Shown here piece by piece: positions 50,975 to 61,491 of a DNA stretch of 64,000 nucleotides. This DNA is from Spirochaetia bacterium. GTDB lineage: Bacteria > Spirochaetota > Spirochaetia > DSM-2461. The translations under genes and the position numbers were made by a program. The first letter of the stretch is position 1; every line of letters begins with the position of its first letter. The notes beneath the pieces were generated by a model. It was not told the DNA's origin. It searched no databases and worked only from the letters and a program-made list of their open reading frames with translations. Location of the stretch: the NCBI GenBank assembly GCA_963668315.1, contig OY764216.1, positions 224,001 to 288,000 of the forward strand, read 5' to 3'.

Positions 50975-53900
50975 TTACTCCTCACTGCCTGAGGGAGAAA
51001 GCTCCAATATCAGTTCCACCTCGCCCCGGCTCAGTTTCACGTAACGGGAGATCTCTTCGCTGCTCCATCCCTGCCGGGCCAGCTGAATAACCATTTCCCG
51101 GGTATTCATATCGGGGGAACCGGCTGAACGGGCGGAACCTTTTTTGCCATCACGGCTGGCGAGATTCCCCAGCAGCTTGACCTTTTCCTGAGCTTCCCGG
51201 CTGATATTCTCCAGCCGAGTCTCTGTTCCGGCCAGCCACTGACGGGCCTTATCCATCTTCTTCATACGGTTATCAAAGTCGCTGATCACCGCATCAAGGT
51301 TCGTTACGTTATTTACAATATAATCGACCTGTTCCTTATTCTCAAGGAGAAGTTCGCTGTTCCGTTTTACTTCATGGAGAGAACTGCGGAGGGGAACCAG
51401 ATCTTCGTTAATGCCGGAGAGTCCCTCTTCGATCCTGCCGAGCATCTCGAAATTCCTATCCACGCTCTGGGTGGTCGCATCGACGACACTGCTCTTCTTT
51501 TCCACTTCCTTGAAGCGGCGGGCTATCTCCTTATGCAGATCCTCGAGCTGGTGGAGCTTGAGCATATAACCCTGCATCGTCTCATCGGTCTCCGCCACAT
51601 GCTCCAGCTTCATATCGATGGCATCGGAAAGATTGATAATGCGGGCGACTTTTCCGTCGAGCAGATCGATCTTCTGCTGTTCGGCCAGAAAGGAAGCGGT
51701 TTTTTCCGTGACGGTGTCGTAACTCTTGAGGACCCGTTCGCACTCTTCGCGGATAGGCATAATCTCTTCCCGGGCGGCATCGACGGAACGAACCTGCGCC
51801 TGAAGCTGGGCAATATCCTCCTCCAGGGCTTTCCTGAGCCTGTCGGCCTGCTCGAAAATCTTCGTCTGGCTGATAAACTCCTGCTGTTTCTCCTCGATTC
51901 GCTCCACGTTGGCCAGAAGCCCCCGGTAGCTCTCGTCTATCCGGTTATGGACCGATTGCTGGTAGGAGTCCATTTTCTCCTTCGTATCGTTGAGAGCACT
52001 GCGCATGAGCTTGATTTTCTCATCCGAATCGTTCAATGCTTCCCGGAACCGCTGTTGATAGTCGATGAGATACTGCTCGGATTTTTCATTGAAAATATCC
52101 AGAGTCTGTTCCGACTTGTCATGGAGGTCGCTGTTGAGAGAGCTGATTCTCTCAAAGAGATCGGAGATATCCTTGCGGACCTCCACCCTGTCCTTGTTGG
52201 AAGAGATAACCAGTTCGTCCTTCTGGGCGGCGAAGGTATTCTTCAGGTCAACCACGGTTTCCGCTACGGACCGGCGGAACTCATCCAGATCGTTCTCCAG
52301 ACTGATTTCGTTATCCCTGAGCTGCTGTCCCAGGCGGGTCTGCCAGGTATCCGCATCGGCCCGGGCCTTCTCTACAAGGGACGTCAGATCGGAACGGCCC
52401 GCCTCGGCGGCGGCGGCCATCTGATCCATCTGAAGGTCCAAAGAGTTCTTCAGCTCTTCCAGCCTGCCGTCGATTCGGCCTGTGAAGGAACCGGTTTCGT
52501 TCCCCAGATATTCGAGAGCTTCGGTCCGGTTCTTTTCCCATTCGTCCCGAACGATCTGGCGGTAATCCAGAATGCTCTTCTCTCCCGCCTCGATCTGCTC
52601 GGTAACATGGCCCTGGAAGTTTTTCACCTGTTCCTGGAACTTATCGAACTGATCCACCACGCGGGTCTGCAGTTCGGACATTTTCCGGTTTATCTGGGCC
52701 ATACCGCTCCGCTCCACCTCTTCCCGGTCGCGAAGGGCCTTATTCCCCAGATCCTCAAGCTGAAGCTCCACATTTCGACGCCATTCGGAAAGGCTCTCCT
52801 GCATGGCCCCTTCCCGCTTTTTCAGATCGGTGAAAAAATCGTCCTCGAAAAGCTGAAGCTTCTCCGAAACGTTATCGTAAGCCTGCTGTTTAAGCTGATT
52901 CAGTTCCTTCTCGATCTCTCCGATCATCACATGAATCTCGGCAAGACGGGCGTCGCTGCGCTCCTTCTCCCGGGACTGATAGGCATCCATCTCGGTAGCG
53001 AACCGTTCCTGATCCTCCCGGATCCGGCCCTCCTGTTCCTCCATGGACTGTCTGAGGGAAGTTTCCAGATCTTCCAGATCCTTTGAAAAACCGTCCAGTT
53101 TCTCATAACGCTGGCGAATAACTTCCTCATATTCGGCGTAGCGCTGCTCCACCCCTTTCATGGATTCCAGCTCCGCCGCCTTTGCCCGGGTCTCTATATC
53201 GGCTTTAACCTCTTCCAGACGATCGTCCAGTTCACTTCGTATATCGGTCAGAGCCCTGTCCATGCGGCCCTGATACTCTTCCTGTTCACGGCTGAATTTT
53301 TCCCGTTTCTCCTCAATGGCCCGGCGGTCCTGCTCCTCCCGTTCCCGGTAGTCGGATAGAATCTTCTCTATTTCGGCCATGGAACCCTGCACATCGGCTT
53401 TCTGCTCTCCGATTCGTCCTTCGAAATCATCGGAGAGGCGCTGCACTTCGCTGTTGAAGGAAGCGATGAGATCGCGGCCCTGCTCCAGGTCGCCCTTGAT
53501 ATCTTCCACCTGGCCGGCGACCTGCCCCTTGAGATCATTCATACCGTCAAACCAGTTCTTCTCAAGACGATCGGCTTTCTGGTTGATATCCTCTTCCAGA
53601 GCGGAGAAAACCTGATCTTCGAGCAGGGCCGCCTTGTCGGCCGCCCGGTCCAGCTTCTGACGGTATTCCCCTTCCAGTTCGGCCACCCGGTCGGCGAACT
53701 CCCCGATCCGGTTCTCCTTCTGCTCCTCATGGGCATCCAGCATGCCGTTCAGCTCCCCCCGGAAGCCTTCGATTCCCAGGGCCGTCTCTTTCATCTGCTC
53801 GGAAATAAGATTCAGCCGTGCCTGATAATCCTCCATCACCGAGGATTTAATCACTTCCAGGTCCTCCCGGTTCGCCCGGGCGAAGTCGTCCTGTATGGAA

Positions 53901-54352
53901 TCGAGCCGGCGGCCGATCTCCTCCACCGAGGTCTGGGACTCCTTGAGACGCATGCCCACCGAATCCACATAGGCCGATTCATCGGCGACTTTTTTCATGT
54001 TCTCATCAACCAGGGCGGTCATCTCATTGAGCCGGTCAATCTTCTCCTGAAGGTTATCCACCAGGACAAGTTTTTCCCTGACCTTCTCCTCATGGGCGAC
54101 AAGCTCCTCATTATGGGAGAGGATGCGCTTGAGGACTTCCCGGCCCGTCCGTTCCTGGACGTCCATATCGTCAACCAGATCTTTGAGGCGGTTTTTCTTC
54201 TCTTCCACGAGCTTATCAAGTTCACCGCTCGCTTTCTCTGCGTAACGGCGCACCTTCTCAAGAGATTTGTTGTTCTTGTCCAGGCGCCGATACAGGAACA
54301 GTATGCAGATTACTACTCCCAGTACGATCAGATCGCCTCCGGTAAATGTCAT
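50975..54352 (-). CDS. Spirochaete large coiled-coil protein (SpiroCoCo-like)
   Basis: N-terminal TM then RRLDKNNKSLEKVRRY; about 1000 aa of E/K/R/D heptads; C-terminal HTH LARQGWSSEEIS...GEVELILE. Confidence 0.85.
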   Translation of the reverse strand: MTFTGGDLIVLGVVICILFLYRRLDKNNKSLEKVRRYAEKASGELDKLVEEKKNRLKDLVDDMDVQERTGREVLKRILSHNEELVAHEEKVREKLVLVDNLQEKIDRLNEMTALVDENMKKVADESAYVDSVGMRLKESQTSVEEIGRRLDSIQDDFARANREDLEVIKSSVMEDYQARLNLISEQMKETALGIEGFRGELNGMLDAHEEQKENRIGEFADRVAELEGEYRQKLDRAADKAALLEDQVFSALEEDINQKADRLEKNWFDGMNDLKGQVAGQVEDIKGDLEQGRDLIASFNSEVQRLSDDFEGRIGEQKADVQGSMAEIEKILSDYREREEQDRRAIEEKREKFSREQEEYQGRMDRALTDIRSELDDRLEEVKADIETRAKAAELESMKGVEQRYAEYEEVIRQRYEKLDGFSKDLEDLETSLRQSMEEQEGRIREDQERFATEMDAYQSREKERSDARLAEIHVMIGEIEKELNQLKQQAYDNVSEKLQLFEDDFFTDLKKREGAMQESLSEWRRNVELQLEDLGNKALRDREEVERSGMAQINRKMSELQTRVVDQFDKFQEQVKNFQGHVTEQIEAGEKSILDYRQIVRDEWEKNRTEALEYLGNETGSFTGRIDGRLEELKNSLDLQMDQMAAAAEAGRSDLTSLVEKARADADTWQTRLGQQLRDNEISLENDLDEFRRSVAETVVDLKNTFAAQKDELVISSNKDRVEVRKDISDLFERISSLNSDLHDKSEQTLDIFNEKSEQYLIDYQQRFREALNDSDEKIKLMRSALNDTKEKMDSYQQSVHNRIDESYRGLLANVERIEEKQQEFISQTKIFEQADRLRKALEEDIAQLQAQVRSVDAAREEIMPIREECERVLKSYDTVTEKTASFLAEQQKIDLLDGKVARIINLSDAIDMKLEHVAETDETMQGYMLKLHQLEDLHKEIARRFKEVEKKSSVVDATTQSVDRNFEMLGRIEEGLSGINEDLVPLRSSLHEVKRNSELLLENKEQVDYIVNNVTNLDAVISDFDNRMKKMDKARQWLAGTETRLENISREAQEKVKLLGNLASRDGKKGSARSAGSPDMNTREMVIQLARQGWSSEEISRYVKLSRGEVELILELSPSGSEE

Positions 54353-54409
54353 ATTCCACCTCTCAGGTCCCCCGCTCTGGCGGTGAGACCGGATTTCTGA
54401 GTCTTTACC

Positions 54410-55075
54410 CTATCGGGCCAGAAGACCGTTTATATATTCGCGAAGCTCCCCGTACCGGGAAAACTGAACATCCGCCAGGGGATGCTGCTTTTTCCAGAAA
54501 GGAGCGATATAGGCGCTCATCATCCCTGCGTCCCGGCAGCCTTCCACATCGTAAACTGGATTGTTGCCCACATAGAGAATCTCTGAGGGAGGGAGTTCCA
54601 GGCGGCGGGCCAGTTCCAGAAAGGGCTCCTTCGCCGGTTTCAGATAACCCGATTCATTGGAGGTCATAATCACGTCCCAGCAATCGGCCAGACCGAAGTA
54701 GTCCAGCTTGCTGCCCACGGGAAAATCGGACAGGGCCGCCGTCTTAATTCCCTTCTCGCGCAGTTCCGTGAGAAAGTCCCTGACCCCGGGGAAAGGGCGT
54801 ACACGGCGGAAGATTTTCTCCCATTCACCGTAGAATACCTCGTCAACCATCCGGGCGGCATCATCATGGGAAAGGGAGAGTTCCCGGGAGAGAAGATCCG
54901 CCTGGAGAGCGGCGAAATCCTGAACGGGCTCTACCTTTCTGATATCCCGTCTGACCTTGCTGAAGGCCATGACCTTGCGGAGATGGGTGAAATAAAATGG
55001 TATGGAATGAAAGTACATGGACCTGTTGGGATACAGAGTCCCGTCGATGTCAAAGGCTACGGCTTTTACGGACAT
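54410..55075 (-). CDS. HAD-superfamily hydrolase
   Basis: FDIDGTL, LSD, LKP and YVGN...DVEG motifs. Confidence 0.92.
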   Translation of the reverse strand: MSVKAVAFDIDGTLYPNRSMYFHSIPFYFTHLRKVMAFSKVRRDIRKVEPVQDFAALQADLLSRELSLSHDDAARMVDEVFYGEWEKIFRRVRPFPGVRDFLTELREKGIKTAALSDFPVGSKLDYFGLADCWDVIMTSNESGYLKPAKEPFLELARRLELPPSEILYVGNNPVYDVEGCRDAGMMSAYIAPFWKKQHPLADVQFSRYGELREYINGLLAR

Positions 55076-55158
55076 AGGTATGATTAATCCCTCCCGCCTA
55101 TAGAGTACCGCAATATCGGGATTTTAGCAAGTTTACAGGGATAAGTGCTTTTCCCGGT

Positions 55159-55878
55159 TCAACTGAACATCCGTACTTCTGAAGAGACCCCCGAACGGTC
55201 TATCCCGATGATACGGTAACCGTACTCGGAACCTTCCTCTTCAATGACGGTGCTGCATTTCTTTAACTGCACAAGAAGAGAAGGAGTGACGGCCTGAGTC
55301 ACCGAACCGAAAGTCTGCCCGTGAACCGTATGATAATGGCCGCAGAAGATGTGAATCTTCTTTCCCGACGCTTCAAGGAGAGCCGTAATTTCTTTCCTGC
55401 CTTCCAGTGGATAAAGCCTGTCCATCAGGGTCCCGCCGCAATCGTATATAGGATGATGGGAAAAAAGAACGAACCGTTCTTCCGGCCCTCCAAGAAGAGT
55501 CTCCAGCCAGTGTTTCTGCTCTTCATCCACCGCCCCGTTGTGGGTATCCAGGAATATAAGGACATCCTCCCCTGTTTTTCGTAAATAATAGGGAAGACCG
55601 TTCCCCTTTCCTCCCGCCCAATCTGAGCGGGTCAGATAATCGGCCGGTTCATCGTGATTTCCCAGAATATAGAGCCAGGGGATTCCTCCTTTCTCAAGCA
55701 GGCCGGCTATTCCGGGAAAGACAGAGGCTTTTCCCAGATCTCCGGTCAGAACAATCAAATCGGCTTTCTCTTTCCTGATATCTCCCAGGAGGAACTCAAG
55801 TCTGGCAAGGGCGTCAATTCCATAACTCTCTGCCAGAAAATCATCGGCATGGATATCGGTTATCTGGGCTATTTTCAT
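55159..55878 (-). CDS. Metallophosphoesterase (CpdA/Icc-like)
   Basis: TDIH, TGD, GNHD, HHP and CGHYH motifs; ATG 6 nt below TATCCT. Confidence 0.9.
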   Translation of the reverse strand: MKIAQITDIHADDFLAESYGIDALARLEFLLGDIRKEKADLIVLTGDLGKASVFPGIAGLLEKGGIPWLYILGNHDEPADYLTRSDWAGGKGNGLPYYLRKTGEDVLIFLDTHNGAVDEEQKHWLETLLGGPEERFVLFSHHPIYDCGGTLMDRLYPLEGRKEITALLEASGKKIHIFCGHYHTVHGQTFGSVTQAVTPSLLVQLKKCSTVIEEEGSEYGYRIIGIDRSGVSSEVRMFS

Positions 55879-55968
55879 ATATATAGGATACCGCAGAATC
55901 GCCGATCCGTCCAAATCCCTCCTTCCGCCCTAGACTTAGCCCCTCCAAAGAGGTATTCTTGGCCCGTT

Positions 55969-57264
55969 ATGAAATTTCACATCGTAGTATTGGGATGCCA
56001 GATGAATCTTTCCGACGGGGAAAGGCTCAAATCGGTCCTGGAAAATATAGGAATGACCGAAACGGACAGGGAAGAGGATGCCGACATCCTGGGCATGGTG
56101 GCCTGTTCGGTCAGACAGAAAGCCATCGACAAAGTCCATACCCGGATTCATCTATGGAAACAGTGGAAGGAGGAGAAGCAGATTCTTACCTTTCTGACGG
56201 GCTGCATCCTTCCCAAAGACCGGAAACGATTCGTCAAGGATTTCGATCTGGTCTTCGATATCAAGGACGCGGCCACCCTGCCCGAACTGATCGGAGGCCA
56301 CGGGGAAGTCACCCCCGCCACGGTCAATACCCGGGAGCTCTGGCATGTGGATCCGGCCTATGCTTCCCAATTCGAGGCCTTCATTCCCATTCAGAACGGC
56401 TGCAACAATTTCTGCACCTACTGCGCCGTGCCCTATACCCGGGGACGGGAGGAATCACGCCCCTCGGGGGACATTGAGAAGGAATTCTCCTCCCTGGTGG
56501 AACGGGGGTACAAATCGATCACCCTGCTGGGGCAGAACGTCAACTCCTACGGCTCGGAAAGGAGAAGCGAAGAGATAACCTTCCCGGAACTTATGGAGCG
56601 TCTGGCAATCCGGGCGGACCGGGAAGAGGAATCTCCCTGGATCTACTTTACCGCCCCCCACCCCAAGGATATGTCCGACGAACTGATAGAGGTCATGGCC
56701 CGGCACAAATCGGCGGCCAGGCAGGTCCATCTTCCCATTCAATCGGGAGATGACGATGTCCTCAAAGCCATGAACCGCCGCTACACGGTGGATCACTACC
56801 GGCAGATCGTCAAAAAAATCCGCACCGCCATGCCCGATGCGACCCTGTTCACCGACATTATCGTGGGCTTTCCCGGAGAAACGGAGGAACAGTTCGAGAA
56901 TACCGCCCGGATGATGGAGGAGTTCCGCTTCAATATGGCCTTTATCGCCATGTACTCCCCCCGGCCCGGTGCCAAGAGCACCGACTGGGAGGACAGCATA
57001 TCCCAGGATATGAAGAAGGACCGGTTCCACCGGCTCTCTGAGATAATGCAGACGTCGGCCATAGCCTGGAACGAGACACTGGTAGGCCGGGAAGTCACCG
57101 TACTGGTGAACGGCCGATCCCGCAAGGGAGACAAATACTCGGGGCGCACCGAGGGAATGATCAATATCCAGTTCCATTCGGAGCGGGAGGATCTTATCGG
57201 CCGTTTCGTCAGAGTCAAAGTTACCGGTCTCCACGGAATTTCCCTGGCGGGAGATCTGATTTAA
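55969..57264 (+). CDS. miaB: tRNA methylthiotransferase MiaB
   Basis: GCQMN...ACSVR...GC N-domain; CNNFCTYC radical-SAM motif; YSPRPG; TRAM C-terminus. Confidence 0.9.
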   Translation: MKFHIVVLGCQMNLSDGERLKSVLENIGMTETDREEDADILGMVACSVRQKAIDKVHTRIHLWKQWKEEKQILTFLTGCILPKDRKRFVKDFDLVFDIKDAATLPELIGGHGEVTPATVNTRELWHVDPAYASQFEAFIPIQNGCNNFCTYCAVPYTRGREESRPSGDIEKEFSSLVERGYKSITLLGQNVNSYGSERRSEEITFPELMERLAIRADREEESPWIYFTAPHPKDMSDELIEVMARHKSAARQVHLPIQSGDDDVLKAMNRRYTVDHYRQIVKKIRTAMPDATLFTDIIVGFPGETEEQFENTARMMEEFRFNMAFIAMYSPRPGAKSTDWEDSISQDMKKDRFHRLSEIMQTSAIAWNETLVGREVTVLVNGRSRKGDKYSGRTEGMINIQFHSEREDLIGRFVRVKVTGLHGISLAGDLI

Positions 57265-57435
57265 AGAGAAAAAGAAAAGGTAATCCTATCTCCCGGCAGG
57301 GCTTTCTCACGATGCCGGCTTGGGAGAACGGCAGGATAATGACGGGAGCGCTGATCGTAAAGGTATCTTGTACCTATTCCCGTACCGTGCTATATTAATA
57401 TTCATACGTATATTATTTAAAACAGGCGGGTTTCA

Positions 57436-58005
57436 ATGAGATTCAGCAGCTTTTTAACAACACGCACCGGAGCGGCGGCCGTAATGCTCTTTATGCTCTC
57501 TCTTTTCCCTCTTCATGCCGAATGGAACACCACCTGGAACCTGGGAACACTTGATATTGTATGGAACCACCTGAGTCCGAATGGGGACGGGACAGATTCG
57601 ATGGACAAGGTGTCCCTCTCTCTTCTCGATTTTCAATTCTACTCCAGGGCCAGCCGGCTGGGTCTGCAATTCTCCCTTCTCCATACAAGGACGTGCTACG
57701 ATACCAATGCCACCACCGCCTTTATGCCGTTGGAGCTTTTTTACAATTTGGTGAAAAGCCCCAACTTCATGGTGGGGCCCTACGGCAAAGGGGAAGTGGG
57801 ATTCTCCGAGAACGACTGGGATATCCATCCCTATTTCGAGGGGGGATTGAAGATCGGGACATTCCTTAATGACAAACCGGCTTTGAAATACTCCTGGAAA
57901 AACTCTTTCTATGTGGGAATAGACAGCCGCGGGGAACTTAACATAGGAACGCAGATCGATTACGGATCTCTGGCCCTGTTTCTCCTCCTGGCTAACGGGG
58001 ATTGA
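57436..58005 (+). CDS. Exported hypothetical protein, possibly a small beta-barrel
   Basis: Signal peptide ending PLHA; aromatic/Gly-rich alternating strands. Confidence 0.6.
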   Translation: MRFSSFLTTRTGAAAVMLFMLSLFPLHAEWNTTWNLGTLDIVWNHLSPNGDGTDSMDKVSLSLLDFQFYSRASRLGLQFSLLHTRTCYDTNATTAFMPLELFYNLVKSPNFMVGPYGKGEVGFSENDWDIHPYFEGGLKIGTFLNDKPALKYSWKNSFYVGIDSRGELNIGTQIDYGSLALFLLLANGD

Positions 58006-58014
58006 GTAGCCCGG

Positions 58015-59583
58015 TCACCCCTTCTTCCGGCTGTTCTTCATGGAATACATCTTTTCATCCAGCTCAATTATATCCAGATGCCCCTTGCCGGCGACCGGGG
58101 AGAGGCCGTAGCTTAAATCGATTCGTCCCTCTCCGAACTTTTCCAGGAACCGGATTCGTATTCTTTCCATGATGCCATGGGCTTCCTCCTCGGCGACATT
58201 CCTGAAAAGGATCAGAAACTCATCTCCCCCGAAGCGTATCAGAAGATCCTCATTCCTGAGGTAATGCTTTGCCATGAGGACGAAGTTCCTGAGGAGATCA
58301 TCTCCCCGGTCATGGCCGTACTTGTCGTTATAGTACTTAAAATTGTCGAAATCCAAAAAGACGGCCATATGATAGCCTTTCACATCCAGTTCGCTCAGGA
58401 CATGCCGATTGAAGGCTTCCGTCAGGGGATCCCTGTTGTAGGCGTTTTTCAGACTGTCCCGTTCCCGGGCGATATCCTGTCTTTCCCGTGAGAATTGGAT
58501 TCCGAAAAGGGTCACGCTGAGAACGATCGCATAGGGGAGGACCAGGGGCGAACCGGGATGAAAAGAGAGAACAAAGGTCACGTGAATGAGGGACAGGATG
58601 ATGAGAGCCGTAGGGATAAGGTACAGGGGATAGTAATTTTCCGTTTTGATGATCATGACTGTTATCATGACGAACTGGAGAATCAGCACGATATCCAGAA
58701 AAGGGAGAATATCCATAAGGAGAGAGAGTCCGGGTATACAGAAAGGGGCTGCGATCGATACGGCGAAGGGAACCATGAACCAGCGGTTAAGGGTAATTCT
58801 GTTGTTGCAGTGGTAGTCAATACTGTATACATAAAGAGCCCCGCCGAGAAAAGCGCTGGCAATAACAGCCCTCTTGAGGATAGTGTAAACGGGCCAGGGC
58901 CCGGTGGAGAGACGGAAAGTATAATCCTGCGCATAAAAGATAATGACAAGACAGGCCAGGCCGAACAGGATGTCCCCCATATTCCTTTTCGGCCCGGAGA
59001 ATCCGGACTGTATGGAGAAAATCCCCGTGAGCAGAGCTGCCCCCATGAAAAGGATAATGAAGTCATGGTAGAGGATTCTGTGAAGAGAAGCCGTAACAAT
59101 CGCCCGGGATGAGTCCTCCAGAAAGGGAGAACGGGTAATGGAAATGAAAAAATTCCCCGTCAAGGTGAGGATGATTTCATTCTCCCGGGCTTCACTGTCG
59201 GGAAGCGGGATGGCAACCATGGAATTCCAGAGGTTGGCCGTGGCATTGTCAATGTCGCCAGCCCTGAAAACGAAATTCCCGTTCAGACTGACTTCCATGG
59301 CATTTACATCCAGCCCGGCCAGACATAAGCTCTTATGCGCCAGAGGTCCTGTGACGGTACGGAAACGGACAGTGTCGGTCTTGGACGTATGAAGGAGAAA
59401 GGGAAGAGTTATCCGTTCAGGCTCCCCGTCTCCGAGTCTGTACCAGTTTTCCAGATTCTCCCCGGAAGCTCCCAGATAGGGCAGATAGAGCATACCCAGA
59501 AGCAGCACAAAAAGTACTGCGGAGAGACAAAACGCTTTTACGGGATGTATATAGGTTGACTGATTGAGATTTAAAAAAGCCAC
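58015..59583 (-). CDS. Diguanylate cyclase (extracellular beta domain, ~7TM, GGDEF)
   Basis: DPLTEAFNR, DFDNFKYYNDKYGH, RNED I-site and GGDEF; GTG 59583 is 7 nt below TTGAGC-17-TAATTT. Confidence 0.88.
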   Translation of the reverse strand: MAFLNLNQSTYIHPVKAFCLSAVLFVLLLGMLYLPYLGASGENLENWYRLGDGEPERITLPFLLHTSKTDTVRFRTVTGPLAHKSLCLAGLDVNAMEVSLNGNFVFRAGDIDNATANLWNSMVAIPLPDSEARENEIILTLTGNFFISITRSPFLEDSSRAIVTASLHRILYHDFIILFMGAALLTGIFSIQSGFSGPKRNMGDILFGLACLVIIFYAQDYTFRLSTGPWPVYTILKRAVIASAFLGGALYVYSIDYHCNNRITLNRWFMVPFAVSIAAPFCIPGLSLLMDILPFLDIVLILQFVMITVMIIKTENYYPLYLIPTALIILSLIHVTFVLSFHPGSPLVLPYAIVLSVTLFGIQFSRERQDIARERDSLKNAYNRDPLTEAFNRHVLSELDVKGYHMAVFLDFDNFKYYNDKYGHDRGDDLLRNFVLMAKHYLRNEDLLIRFGGDEFLILFRNVAEEEAHGIMERIRIRFLEKFGEGRIDLSYGLSPVAGKGHLDIIELDEKMYSMKNSRKKG

Positions 59584-59743
59584 TGGAAAGAAATTACCAC
59601 TCCTCGCCCCATAGCTCAAGCGTTTTTTCTCCGGGATCTTTTTTTTTGTTGTTTTCGGAGGAATGAACTCATCCTGATGATTGTTTTCGCTTTTTCTCTT
59701 TCCATCGTTTATACTCAAAGGAGATGAGGATGGGGAGGGGTAG

Positions 59744-60661
59744 ATGGAAAAGAACAACTGGAGACAGCCCCCCTTCTGCGCGACCCTGATGGGCTGCCTG
59801 CAGGGGGTTTTCGACTATTACGGCATGAATTTTTCACCGGCCATGGTCTACGGTCTTACCGGCCATGCCTTTTTTATTAATATACACAAAGAGATATGTC
59901 CCTCCGGCCCCTACGCCTGGGATCACCAGTTCTTATATAATTTGGCCGAAAACATGGGAATCCGCATTAGCGAATCATCTTTTTTAACACCGGAAACGCC
60001 GAAAGAGATTTGTACCGCAGCGGTCAACCGTCTCACGGACAGCCTGGAAAGTAACAATCCCTGTATGATTACCTGTCTCGAACACCAGCTGGTCAAGGAG
60101 ATGAGGGACGGGGAGATACGCCTGATCCGCCCCTGGGAGCAGGAAGGGGACTCCCAGTTTTCTTCCCTCGATACCGAAGATCTTTCCCCCTGTCTCGAGA
60201 AAGCCGGCTTTCTGATCATCGGTTATTTCGAGAAAAGCGACGTTCAGGATAATCTGGGAAAAAACATTCACCGGGCCCTTCTGCAGGCGGAAGATCTCTT
60301 CAAAAATCCGGAAAAATATCACCATGAAGGATACCAGAGCGGGTTCGGAGCCTATGAATACTGGATAACCGCTCTGCAGAAAGAAAAATTCGACGAACAT
60401 GGTCACTGGTGGAACGGAACGGTCTGGGCTGAATGCCGCATGCGGGGGGCCGAATTTTTCGAAGAGCTGATTGACCGGAAAGCCAACCTGGATGAAACCG
60501 CTCTCAAGTCGCTGGCCGGGATCTACCGGATTATCTCAGAACGCCTTGATGAAGCCAAAGAAAAAGAACTGGAGAGGGAAAAAAAGATTATTCTGCTCAC
60601 CGAAGCCCTGGAGATGGAATACGAAGCCAATTTTCTTATCGAGAATATGCTTCACCCCTGA
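59744..60661 (+). CDS. Hypothetical protein (BtrH_N/C39-like fold possible)
   Basis: Long ORF with SD; YGLTGHAF, CPSG and WAECR segments; fold call is tentative. Confidence 0.65.
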   Translation: MEKNNWRQPPFCATLMGCLQGVFDYYGMNFSPAMVYGLTGHAFFINIHKEICPSGPYAWDHQFLYNLAENMGIRISESSFLTPETPKEICTAAVNRLTDSLESNNPCMITCLEHQLVKEMRDGEIRLIRPWEQEGDSQFSSLDTEDLSPCLEKAGFLIIGYFEKSDVQDNLGKNIHRALLQAEDLFKNPEKYHHEGYQSGFGAYEYWITALQKEKFDEHGHWWNGTVWAECRMRGAEFFEELIDRKANLDETALKSLAGIYRIISERLDEAKEKELEREKKIILLTEALEMEYEANFLIENMLHP

Positions 60662-60822
60662 AAGGTTCTGTTTCCCCGTCAGGAAATATCCCTTTTAGGG
60701 AAGAAACATGTTCCCTTCACATTTCGTTTATATAGTTTATCTAATATTGTATTATCTTAATTAAAGAAAGGCCGAACGGCTGAGGGCTGATAACCCGCCG
60801 ATGCGACCTGAGGAGAAATACA

Positions 60823-61392
60823 ATGAAGAAGACATTAGCCCTTTTAACCGCCGCCCTTTTGGTAACCGCCGCCCTGACAGCCGAAGACTACGGCGCCCGC
60901 GCCGCCGGGCAGGATAGCAGCTTCTCCCTGGAAGATATGCTGCTTTACGCGTTCCAGGACGAGCATCTTGCTCTGGCCGAATACGAAGCCATACAGGAAA
61001 CCTTCGGCACGGCCAGGCCCTACAGCAACATAGCCAGAGCCGAAGAGACCCATATCGGCTATGTGGAAGGTCTCTACGAATCCCTGGGAATGGAAATCCC
61101 CTCCTTCGATGCCTCTTCCCAAATCACCCTTCCCTCCACCCTTCAGGAAGCCGCCGAAATAGGAGTACAGGCCGAGATTGAGAACATCGCCATGTATAAA
61201 ATGTTTCTGACCCAGGATCTCCCCGCCGACGTTCGGGTCGTGTTCACAGACCTCATGGAGTCTTCGGAGAAACATCTTGTCGCCTTTGAAAGGCAGGTCG
61301 ACCGGGGTGCCGTCGGCAGCGGACGGGGAAGAACCGATCTGACGTTTACCGGGAGAGGACTGAACCGCACCGACGATCATCACTGGAACTAG
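60823..61392 (+). CDS. Exported ferritin-like (DUF2202-like) protein
   Basis: Signal peptide; DEHLA, AEETH, AEIEN and SEKH di-metal-type motifs; SD GAGGAG. Confidence 0.8.
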   Translation: MKKTLALLTAALLVTAALTAEDYGARAAGQDSSFSLEDMLLYAFQDEHLALAEYEAIQETFGTARPYSNIARAEETHIGYVEGLYESLGMEIPSFDASSQITLPSTLQEAAEIGVQAEIENIAMYKMFLTQDLPADVRVVFTDLMESSEKHLVAFERQVDRGAVGSGRGRTDLTFTGRGLNRTDDHHWN

Positions 61393-61417
61393 GCCCTAAG
61401 GCTTACCGGATGCCCCT

Positions 61418-61462
61418 ATCCCCGTCCTTTCTGCCCTCACGGCAGGAGAGGCGGGGATTTTT
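61418..61462 (+). terminator. Intrinsic terminator between convergent genes
   Basis: atccccgtcctttctgcc-ctcac-ggcaggagaggcggggat-tttt. Confidence 0.75.
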
Positions 61463-61491
61463 CATTTGCGCCCGGAAAGGATGGGGAATCC

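Noticed and set aside
42184..53086. Long plus-strand ORFs (42184-44154, 46915-48855, 51374-53086) and similar antisense ORFs elsewhere
   Set aside because: They are antisense shadows of well-supported genes, arising from codon bias; no motifs or initiation signals.
60768..60822. Fluoride or other riboswitch before the ferritin-like gene (GCTGATAACCC hairpin)
   Set aside because: The 5' GGCGATGGnGTTCGCC element is missing; only a small generic hairpin is present.
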